Of a stretch of 64,000 nt of DNA, positions 24,034-35,216 are shown piece by piece. Source of the DNA: Nageia nagi (taxonomy: Eukaryota > Plantae > Pinophyta). Position 1 is the stretch's first letter; the number at the start of each line of letters is the position of its first letter. The translations under genes and the position numbers were made by a program. Under the pieces are notes generated by a model that was not told where the DNA came from, searched no databases, and worked only from the letters and a program-made list of their open reading frames with translations. The stretch covers positions 124,434,001 through 124,498,000 of the forward strand of contig JBITNC010000001.1 of assembly GCA_050084985.1 (NCBI GenBank), written 5' to 3'.

Positions 24034-27000
24034 GATTAAGAGTCTTATCTAAACCTATTTTGAAATTTATAGTTCATAAATGAATTAATTAAAAAAATAT
24101 CACAATCTCATAAACATAAGGAACACATGATATTTACCTAGGTTCATCTAATGTGGGCTACTCCAGCATGTTAGGATCTTCTCTTGCTTCCATATTATTA
24201 CTTACAATGAATAATTCATCACAAATGGCTCATTAAAATGAATAAATAGGAAGACCCTCAAATCTAAACCATAATGTGGTATTAGAAATACATGGGCTAA
24301 ACTACCATCCTTGCACTGGTATGAAACCTTGGAAATTCCACCAACATCATGTGTAAATGTGATGAATCTCAAGCGAATCCCCCAAAGTAGGGGATTACCA
24401 AGATAGGGTCTTAGTGTATAATACTTCCTCTGCAAAGGATGAACCACATCTAATATTTGCCCACTTGGTGAATACTTTTTAGAAAAACTACAAAATATAT
24501 TTTCTCTAGTACTTGGGCTAGCCAAATCCATGTCTCTTGTACACCACATGAATTTCTTTGTGCTAACAACCTTGGTTAATGCATCAACAATATTTTCCTC
24601 TATGTCCACTATTACTAGCAATACTTTCTTCTATTCAATCATGTCCTTGATGAAGCGGTATTGTACATCAATGTGCTTAGTTCTTGCATGAAATAAATAT
24701 TCTTTACCTCAAATATAGCACTTTAGCTATCATAATTCACCTACATAATTCCTTGTGCAAAACCAATATCAGCATATAATCTCTACAACCATATTACTTC
24801 TTCGATTGGATACCATGTATTTAGCTTTAGTAGTTGAAAAGGGAACAACATCTTGCCTTTTACTCATTCAAATAATAGATCCTCCAAATAAAATGAAGAT
24901 ATAGCCACTAGTAGATCTTTTATTATCAAGATCTCTTGCCCAATTTGCATCAACAAAACCTTCAATATCTAAGGATTTTTCCTTTATTTTCCCTTGATAA
25001 CAAATGGAAAACTTTATTGTACCATGCAAATATATGAGCAATCCAATGCTCTTTTTTAGGCTTAGATATGTATATGCCCAAAACTCCCACTACATGTACG
25101 ATATCAAGTTTGGTACAAATGCATCAACCTCCCTATAGCATTTGCATAAGGAACATGGGATATTTCTTTAGCTTCTTCTTTTGTATTTGGGTATTTTTCA
25201 ATAGATAATTTTGTTCCTAGAGCTATAGGAATTTACTACAGGTTTGAAATCATGCATATTAAATCTCTTTAATATAGTTTAAACATATTTTTCTAATCTA
25301 GCCACAACTTTCCATTTGACCTATCTCTCCTTATTTGCATGCCCAAAATATAATTAACTTTGCATCAACTTTCCATTTGACATATATTTCCTTATTTGAA
25401 TTTCCAAAATATAATTTGCAAGTTCTTGTATTGAGTAGAGCTCATCTTCCATCAACTCAAATTGTACCTTTTGTGTTATTCCTTTGTTACTTCATTCCTG
25501 TTATCATTTTTAAATTCTCTAAACACAACATCTCTATTGTAGGTAGTACTCTTAGTTTCTAGATTCAAAATTTTATAACCTTTAATACCATCTTTATAAC
25601 CACTAAAGATACACATAACAACCTTGTTTTCAAGCTTATTCCTTTTTTCCTTTAGAATATGCATGAATGTATCACATCTAAAAAATTTAATATGTAAAAA
25701 AGAGGGTTTCTTACCAAATATTGCTTCAAATGGAGTTTGGTTAAGCAAAGCTAATGTAGGAGACTGATTTAATAGGTACCATATTGTATCCATTGCTTTT
25801 GCCCAAAATTCTTGATCCAATCTAGTACCACTCAGCATACTCCTTTCCTTTTTCATAAGAGATCTATTCAATCTCTTAACAACTCCATTTTGTTGAGGTG
25901 TTTATGGAGTATTCTTATGCATTTCAATACCATATTTCTTATATAAATCCTCAAATTTATTTGAATAATATTTTCCTCCATTTTCAATCCTCAACACCTT
26001 GATTTTCTTTCCAATTTTATTCTCAACAACTGCTTTAAATTTTTGAAATTTATTAAACACTTCAGCTTTGCTCTTGAGAAAATAGATCCATGAATATCTT
26101 TAAAAAAGCATTAATAAAAGAAATATAGTATCATTATTTTCCAAGGGGTTGTACAAGAATAGGACCAAAAGCATCATTATGGATCAAATCTAAAACTCCT
26201 TTAGATCTTGTAGCATCATATGGGAAACTCACATATTTTTTCTTTCCACAAAGACAATGCTCATAAAAATCAAAACCCATAGCTTAATTAGGAAAACCTT
26301 TAACCATACCTTTTGTACATAATTATATAATCCCTTCTTCCCAATATATCCCATTCTTTGATGTTATAGTGTTGACACATCAACCAAAGTTCCATTTGAT
26401 TTAGCCTCATAAATAGATGCATTGTTGCAATGAGGTATCATAGTGCTTCCCAACATCCTATACAAGCTTCCATATCAAATTTCTCATGACAACATCATTG
26501 ATCCATGAACCAATTTACATCAAATCTTATTGATACTAAAATATACATCTGCATCAACCATCTTGCTTATAAAAATTAAATTTCTAACAACATGAGGAAT
26601 GTATGCCACACTTGGGAGGGTTCTAACCCTACCATCATGAAACTTTATTTTTAACCTTACATAAAAAAAACTTTCTCAAGGACTATAATCTCCTAAGAGT
26701 ACCTCCCCTTCATCATATTCTTCATATTTGCAAAACCACTTCCTATGAGGAGTCATATGAAAAGAGACTCTTGTATCAATTACCCAATTATTTTGATTTT
26801 ATCTAGTGAAGCATAATGCCAAATTTGCATCCCCAATTTCATCATTGATACTTAGATATACCACTAAATTTACCTTTGAGTTTTAATATATCAGCATATC
26901 TCAATTTCTCTCTTTCATTTGTACATCCTCTTACCATTATGGAATAATTTTATGTGCCATACATGGATCTTCTCCTCAAATCATTTGATAACAAATATGT

Positions 27001-28016
27001 CACCACATCTTCAAAGGATGAACCAAAAGAATTACTTCCAATTGCTACAACCAAATTATCACACGAATCTAGTAGAGAGCATAGCAATGCAATGCACTTA
27101 TCTTCTTTTATAATATTAACATCAATATATTGGATTTGTATCACTATCTTATTGAATGCATTAATATGATCTGCTATCAAATATCCCTCATGCATATGAA
27201 TATTGTACAATTTCTTCCTAAGGAAGAGTTTGTTATCCAAAGAATTACTTTGATAAAAAGCCCCTAACTTCTCCTAGAGATCCTTTGCAGTATTTTTTGC
27301 AAAAATGTTAATCAACATTGAATCAATAAGCTATAATTAGATCAAAATCCTTACTTTTTGATGTAGTTTCTCCAAATATTCATCAGAAGTATTGTCTAGT
27401 TTCTTTTTAGAGATAATAGGCCATAGATCTTTGTCTACAAGTAGATCCTCCATCTTTACCATCAATAACTCAAAGTTTTTTTCATCAAAAATTTCAATCT
27501 TGATCCTTGATTTTTCTTCTTCAAGATCTTTCTACATAGAGATCCCACTCTATAATAGTTTTTTTGAAATAATTATAAACCTTAGATCCTCTTCAAATGA
27601 ATTAAACCCTAGTAATAAAGGTATCCCTCTATGGCTAAAAAACCTCATCTTTGATACCATATTAAGATTCTTATCTAAACCTATTCTAAAATCTATAGCA
27701 TAGAAATGAATTAATCAAAAAATATCATAATCTCATAAACACAAGGGACATATGAGATTTACCTTGGTTCACCCAATTTGGGCTATTATAGCATTTCAAG
27801 AGCTTCTCCTCCTTATATATTATTGCTTGTAATGAATAATTCACCACAAATGGCTTATTACAATGAATATATAAGAAAATCATCAACACTAAACAACATT
27901 GTGGTATTAGAAATCCATGGGCTAAACCACCCATCCTCGTACTAAGATAAAACCTTGGAAATTTCATTAACAAAATGTATAGTGCTTCTTTTACAAAGGA
28001 TGATCCATATCCAATA
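24034..28016 (-). mobile_element. Ty1/Copia (Tnt1/Tork-like) LTR retrotransposon with the N-terminal half of RT deleted
   Basis: LTR pair 24034-24455 and 27660-28016. PBS-Met (plus strand CTTTGATACCA) at ~27649-27659, PPT at ~24456-24470. Order gag-PR-INT-RT-RH. No TSD recovered. Confidence 0.9.
24500..27540 (-). pseudogene. Copia gag-pol pseudogene
   Basis: Gag NKLFLRKKLYNIHMHEG..HINAFN..ALLCSL; PR WVIDTRVSFHMTP; INT PQQNGV..MNRSLMKKERSML..FWAKA; RH GFVDANWARDLDNKRSTSGY, RTKHIDVQY and ENIVDALTK. Confidence 0.9.
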
Positions 28017-28138
28017 GGCTTTGATACCACTTTGTTGGTACACTTAGGTACATACCAAGATTAAATTGCATGTAATAATGTTATTAATTTAAATTCAAAA
28101 ATAATACTTGAAACAAGTAGTAACATAATATCAATTAT
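28017..28138 (-). mobile_element. PBS-Met and left part of an older LTR that is split by the 28139-37073 element and resumes at ~37079-37563
   Basis: GGCTTTGATACCA-CTT-TGTTGG is a minus-strand LTR end plus Met PBS. The sequence after 37078 has Copia-LTR-like content (ACACTAGAT..GTGAAACTCCTC..GAGGAAAAA) and ends TTCAACA at 37563. Confidence 0.55.
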
Positions 28139-28599
28139 TGTTCACACCTAATTTTAGACCACCTAAGGTGGTCACGTTGAGGTATTTTATTATGTTAATC
28201 TTATTTCATTAAGTGTTTTATAGAAAACCCCAAATTTCAAGATTATTTTAGTCATTTTGGTATGTTTTTACATTAGAAAATCTTTTCTCATACATATATA
28301 TTTTATATCATAATATTTTGATGATTTTTGAAGATCATATTTTGTAAAATTAGCATAGTTTAGGGTTTTTTTATCAACCAAAAAAATCAAAGTTTTTGGA
28401 GGTATTTGATATCTATTTTTTTAAGTGTGGTATACATGGAAACATTAGTAGGGAAATAGTATACTAATGCTAACACTGGGAGTAATGATCACACTAGGGG
28501 TAATGCCACTATTAGAGATACACCTTTAAATCCTATCAACTTTATGGAAGAACAATTTAAGAAATTATACATGAAGGTACATTTTCTCCAAAATCAATT

Positions 28600-29540
28600 A
28601 TGGAGTATCTTTAGCACTAAAGATAACAAAAATTATTTGAGCATGGAGATTGAAATATTATTCTCATTGGTATAGATAAAGAAGCTAGATTAGAAAAATT
28701 TAATGGTGAAGGAGATCCAATTAGTCATCTACTAGGATATGAGTATATAATGGAGTTGAAGTTGGGAATCAATAATCAGTTAAAGGCTAAATATTTTCCA
28801 ATGAGTCTGACTAGTGAAGCAAGAAAATGGTTTCATAATTTTTCACTAGCTTCAATTATCTCATTTTAGCAAATAAAGTTCAAAAGTCACTTCCAATGAT
28901 ATATTAAGAAGCCTCTTGATTTGACATATTTTATTCATTTTAAGCAAGGAAAATCCTAAATATTCGATAAGTGTATGAAAATATATGTGAAGATTTAGAG
29001 ATCAATGGAACAAAGTATGTATGAGAAATTCATTGCAAAGGTATTTCTTAAAAATATTAATCATATTACTAGAAATTTTGGTCTTGATTATGTTAAAGAT
29101 CCCTTTATGGATATGATTTGCATGCTTATTGAGAAAAAAAAGTTTATGGTAAGATCTAGTCAACTTAAGTATACATATTCTACTAAGGATAATCATTAAA
29201 GATCATATCAAAGGAAGGAGAAAAATCAAGTAAATATGGTTGAACCATGTGCAAAATAAGAAGAAAAGGAGACCTTTTATAAACTCCTTGTATATCGCAC
29301 AAAAATATTCAAAGATAATTTAGAAAAGGGATTGATAGAACCTAAAAAGGGAAGAGAATATGGTGAAGATAAAGAAAAAACCCATTGGTATAAAGAGAAT
29401 AATCATTATTTGTATCATCAAGTTAAAGGTCATTCCACTAATGTGTGTATTGAAATGAAGAAGAAATTGCATAAGCTTTTAGAAAAGGAAAAAGTTAATT
29501 ATGTTACCAATGAGGAATATGATAGAGAAACTAAATAGGA
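28600..29540 (+). pseudogene. gag: Tat-type gag remnant, homologous to the gag at 11831
   Basis: KFNGEGDPISHL..AKYFPMSLTSEARKWF and WYKENNHYLYHQVKGHSTNVC parallel the Ogre gag motifs. Confidence 0.8.
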
Positions 29541-30729
29541 ATTGATAATGAACACATCCACCAAATAGTAAACATTATTATTTATGATGGTGAAGATGAT
29601 GAACAAAAATAGGAAGTACGAGAAGATAAAATTAAAGTAAGCATGAAGAAATACCAAGTTTCATATGAAGACACTCCTCAGGTACATTAAAGTTTTAAAG
29701 AAACCTTATATGTCAAGCATGAACATTAAGGGTAGCACCTGCACTGGGGAAGCATCAATACTACCATCACATATCAATAAAAATATCAAGTTATCATCAA
29801 AGAACCACTTAAATGTGCCTAAATAAAGTTAACAAAAGGATTCTAATTATCTATTACATTTTGCTAAGTTTGAATATTGAAAGGATGCCTCATTCAAAGA
29901 GATATTTTGCAAGGACACTCATCAGGTAATATTTTCCATCTTTCTCATATATGTTGGAACTACATTTTTATATAGGTTAGTTATTCATTTTTCATCTCTA
30001 TTAGATTGCATAATGAATTACATATAACCCCTCTGTTGGTTGGGGGAATAATTAACCATCACTCATTCCCTTTATTGGTTGGGGATATAATTAACCATCA
30101 TTTGTTTCTTTATGTTCAAGTTGTTATGGTCATGTCAGTATTTTGGTCTATGTTGGTCAGTCTTTTATCAATTTATTTGTTTAGCCACTTTTTATCAAGT
30201 TCGTTAGTTTATCATGGTTGTCATTTTTTATTTTGTTATTTTAGTATTCATAACCCAGTGTTGGCATTGGGGAAAATTAAGAATTTTAACAAATTCATCC
30301 TGTGGGCATACCCTCAACACCATAAAGGTTATATCCCTTAACTCCCTTATCTCTCATATGCATAAATTATGATCTTTTCTTATATGTTATGCTTGTTATG
30401 ATCAAATATTTCTATGTTCTTATTATGATCACACTAATACAGTTAACCAATTTTGTAGCATACCATGCATTAATCTATAGTATTATTTAAAAACAAAAAA
30501 AAATAGAAATCATGACGTATAAATTGATGCTAAGGGTACCATCAAACAAAACATCATTTTTTGCATCAATTATAACATCTTTCATTACATCTTGTATCGA
30601 CATTCTGAGAATAAAATAATTAACATTATAAATTTCTTAATATTTATAAAATGTATATTTTAGTGATGTATCAAGTAAAGAAGTTCTATCGGACGTATAA
30701 AGTGTCAAGTGTTATATCATTTACAACAT

Positions 30730-31200
30730 CAAAATAATCCAATTTGGTGCATGCTTTGAGGATGTAGTGGAAAGGTGAATTGATCTAGTTATACTACTAT
30801 TGCTATTTTTTGCATTTGGTGAAATAGTGTCAATTCTTATCAATGAAATTTATGTCTATAGTAACTTTAAATTATCATATTCCATGGGAAGATGTATTGT
30901 TTGCATCATGCTTCTTTTCAAATAATTTTCCTTCCTTCTCTATGCTTCAGCATTTTGCATTCATATCTACCAAGCCACTCACAACCACAACATCTAAAAA
31001 AAATCCACTTTTAAAGAGTTTTTCATGTATGTATAGACCAGTTGCAAATTTTCCAATTTTACACATGTTGGTAGAATAATGGGAAAGGTGAATTGATTTA
31101 GTTGGACTATAACTATTTTTTATTGCATTTGGTGAAATAGTGTCAATGGCTATCGAGGAAATACATATCTTTGGTATCTCCTGCATACTTGCATTACCAA
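30730..31200 (-). pseudogene. Captured PLS-class pentatricopeptide repeat gene fragment
   Basis: LTLFHQMQ..NQFTFPIILPTCVKL..GLYIHEKLFKSGFFLDVVVVSGLVDMNAKC*SIEK..LFEK, then LTLFHQMQ..DQFTF..ILKACTKL: P/L/S PPR motifs with stops and frameshifts. Confidence 0.85.
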
Positions 31201-31349
31201 TCATACAATCTCATTAGTTACCCCTCAAAATAATAATCTCCACATCGATATGAATATCACTCTCACATAACTCTATTGAGATGGGTGATTGAAGCATGCA
31301 ATGCATATTTTTCTTACTACAAAATACAGATACACATTGCTCTCTATGC

Positions 31350-31515
31350 TCTTCAATATGTCTTTAGCTCTTGCAGACCTACATTGCCAACAATGCCCTT
31401 GTAGAGGGAAAGCTCTTCATTCACTCATCAATGGTATCAAATTTAATTTTTTTGACCATTGAAAATTGACCTTCAATCAAGAGAATGCACAAATGATTGA
31501 GAGCGGATTATACCA
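31350..31515 (+). pseudogene. Second captured PPR fragment, opposite orientation
   Basis: L*LLQTYIANNALVEGKL.HSLING resembles the first L-motif of PLS PPR proteins (Y..LLQ.C....AL..GK.IH). Confidence 0.6.
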
Positions 31516-33440
31516 TAATCTGCATGCATGATCCATACCTTTTTTTCTATTAGATTTTTGACTTGATATATTTTTTGATTTAGTTAATACATCGACCAAT
31601 ATGTCAATCCATAAGTCAACTAATATGTTAATCGATACATTAAAAAAATTGATTAGACATAGATTGATGTAGACATTCTAGATGGTGATGTGTCTTGCAT
31701 CATGGCATAAAAATGCAATTATCTTACATATGGTATGATGTAAAATTGCTAAATTGTAATAGTGTCACTTCATTGTGATCACTTTATGATCATTCCCTTT
31801 GTTGGTTGGGGTATTAACCATCACTTTATGATAATTATTATTATCTCTTTAATATTATATATCATTTTTTATAATTGGGGCATTAAGTATCTATATTATG
31901 ACATGATTTTACATGATATTATGATCTAGCATATTTTTTAAGATCCATATATTTTGGAAGATGATATTTTTTATCTTCTTTTTCAGGTTATTCTTTGCTC
32001 TTGGATATTCTCATTCCATTTCACAACCAATGTAATGCTACCCTACTCTATACTTAACCTCAAAATTTGAGACCCATTTTTTTTTTGAAATAATCCTTGA
32101 GTATAGACTATTATTTGCAATTCTTTTATCCCACATGAACTATATGATGATGCTCTTTATACTTTACCTAGATACCACCTTCCCTAAGTAAGTATTAGGG
32201 TGCATTCACCACACAAGCCTACCTCACTTATGAGTGGTTACCCTTGATGATCGTGCTCTAATTTTATTTAAGTAATGCGTTCATTACCATAATTACACTA
32301 TATTGAATTTCGAGGAACTTTTTCAATTTATTTTGTTGACTAGGTATGATAATTTATCGAAACCCAATCTAAGACTTCCATGATTGTCAAGATTACTTAT
32401 ACTCTATATACACTATAAGTGTCATTCCTTATATTCTATAAATGATTCTCTAGATTGACTTCCCATGTCAGTGTGTTAGATCTATCCTCATTAGAAGTAA
32501 TTATCCAATTATTTAAAACCTTAACATATGGAGGAGTTAGGTTTGGTACATATTATATGTAAGGTATGATCACAATCTATTATTTTGATAATCTAGTGAG
32601 CATCCAATCCATCTATAAAAGTGTATACAATGTAATTCTTTTATTATAATTTTAAGCAAGAAGATGATTACTAGATTAACTATTCTATATTGACCATTTT
32701 TCCTTCTTAAAGATAGATCACTTGTCAAAAGCAAAACATCCATATACATAAATCTACGATTGATCATGATTCATTATTCCAAAGACCTAGTGATCTCTTT
32801 CTAATACATCCAAACTCATAAATATAGTACAAGTCCTAAATCATGCATACATCTTATGTAGAGGCATGGATTATAAAATCATAATTTGCTAGTACTTTTT
32901 AACTACTCTTCTTGCTACTCTTTTGATGTTTGATTACATATCATCCTTTAAACTTTACATCACAGTAAAGGCTTAATAGTGATAATACATTCATTATATG
33001 AGTTGCATCCAAGGAACTCCATGATGTGAAGGTCTTCATCTTCAATTGTTATATCTCATGTTATCTTCTTTCCATTATCATCCTAAGGTTTTGAAGGTAA
33101 GTGGTTGTGAGTGCTAAGAGAGGTTTTTGAGCATTATGAGGATTAGGACAGCTCTTCTTAGGACCATAATTTACCATGTCTCAATTCATTCAATTTTAAA
33201 CAAAGGTATCATAAAATTACTAGATTTTACTTTATTTGTAGTCTAAAGAGGTTTTATGCTTTTGTTAAAGATACTTCCCTTAATCAACCATAGAGTGGAC
33301 CTCCTCTTTCAAGAAAGTAATAACATTAAAGAACTTTAGCATATAATTTTCAAGTAAATTCCACCATCTCTAAAATACATATAAAGGTATTAATACACAA
33401 TTCAATAATCACATATCTTTTTCATAATAATAATAAAAAA

Positions 33441-33470
33441 TATATATAAATATATATATATATATATATT
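33441..33470. repeat. (TA)n microsatellite
   Basis: Run of TA dinucleotides. Confidence 0.9.
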
Positions 33471-35181
33471 AAATAATTAATTATTCAAATTCATATACAT
33501 ATTGTCCTAATCCAAGCTTATTTAATCACTAATCTTGTAGTATTCAAGTTCTTGATCTCAATTCAATATTTACATAGTATAGCTAATAATGTTTAGTAGG
33601 GATATAATATCATTGAGTCCCTATTTTCTAAAAATCATTAGTTTACCATTGTAAATCCTAATTACTATCATTTAACCAAATGCTCGTATGCTAAGCACGA
33701 ATTAATATACTCGAAAGTGTTCCATTGAAATTGCGTGTGCGTTGAAAGGCACCTGACAAAATGTTCCTTCAAAAAGAAATATACCCGTTAGAAACGTTGG
33801 AAAGGGTTAATGAATTGTTTGACAAAAAGACTCACCGAAATGCATTCTCCAAGGATTAATACAATTCAAAAGATCCAACTCATGTGGGTACTTTGGACAA
33901 CTAGGAAAGTTTCCTCCGAATCAAACGAAAACATTTTCTTGAAATATATATTCAACGTGTTATTGCCTCAACAAAATTCTTAGAAAACCTTGAATATCCA
34001 CTCTACTTCATGGGGTAAGTGCGCTGAAATTTCAGAGACAAGTGTATTTCAAAAAGGATACACTAAACATTATGCCATTACGTGTAGCACTAGAGGCTAA
34101 AAAAATTACCTTATATCTATGTGCTTTAAACTGAGATACACGCCAATGCTTTCTCTAAGAAGTGTCTGGCTCTTACATGGAATATAGGATAGAAAATAAG
34201 ATCTAGGGCATTCTACATTTTTTGCCCAAATCCGCAAATGAAGGCATTGATCTGAATTTCAAACCCAGTTAATTGCATTAAAGCAAAACGCAAACCAACC
34301 ATAATAGAGTAAAAATCAAAAGTGTTTATCCTCTGACATTCTAAAATATCATTTTTTACTACGTAAAACAGCATTTAGGATATCTCTACTTACTACAGAG
34401 ACTAACGTATTAGGTGAGTATGAATGGTAGTATTCTGAAATGTCGGCATTCTATTTCAAAGACAGAAGAGACTCCAAACTTTAAAGAGAATCCTCTTTCA
34501 GCAACCAGAGGAGAAATTTCCAATTGATCCACTCCTTTGCCTTAGAGAAACGATGGAAACCTCAAGTAATCCTTGCTCAAGCTTGGTATGGTGAAAAATT
34601 ACTCGCACTATTTTAAATGATCAACCTAGCATATCGGAGGGGAGGAGGTGTCTTGATTGGACAACTCTATCTCAATTTTACAAATGACCTCATATTTACT
34701 AACCCGTGACTTCTTTCCCAAGTGAGACAAATGAAATTTTATATTAATATGGGTGTGTCCTTCCTATATAAAATATACTTTCAACCATGTAACGGAAATT
34801 CACAAAATAAATCTCCATATGAAGGTATCCAATGAAAAGTACTAAAACTTTCTCATGCATCAAATCAAGGGAAAAATCAATAATAATAAAACACTCTTTT
34901 ACTTACATTTGGATAAATGTATAAAGTTATAAGATAATTTATATCACCATCATCACATGCTACCTTCTATATTCTAATAATAATATGAAATATAAATTAT
35001 TATCATTTTGCAACATTTAAGTTAAAGGTCTTAAAGCAAATGCTCAACATCAAATCTTAGCAACGAAATGTTAAAATCAAGAAAAAGAAGCACATGAGTA
35101 TTTAAATTGGAAGCTAAGGGAGAGAGGTCTCCTTATCTTTACAGGATCCAAACTTCAAATGGAGGAGAGAGATATGAGTTA

Positions 35182-35216
35182 CCCGCCCCCCCCCCCCCCC
35201 CCCCCGCCCCCCCCCC
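35182..35216. repeat. Poly-C tract (poly-G on the minus strand)
   Basis: About 35 nt of C interrupted by two G. Confidence 0.9.

Larger units (their letters stand above)
30432..31764. mobile_element. Non-autonomous CACTA element carrying captured PPR gene fragments (Pack-CACTA)
   Basis: TIRs CACTAATACAGTTAACCAATTTTGTAGCATACCAT and (reverse complement) CACTATTACAATTTAGCAATTTTACATCATACCAT. Perfect 3-bp TSD TCA (30429-30431, 31765-31767). No transposase. Confidence 0.88.

Noticed and set aside
30770-31146. ~65-bp direct repeat at 30770-30835 and 31083-31146 that looked like small LTRs or a duplication
   Set aside because: Both copies translate as equivalent PPR motif segments (LTLFHQMQ..QFTF), so the repeat is intrinsic to the captured PPR gene.
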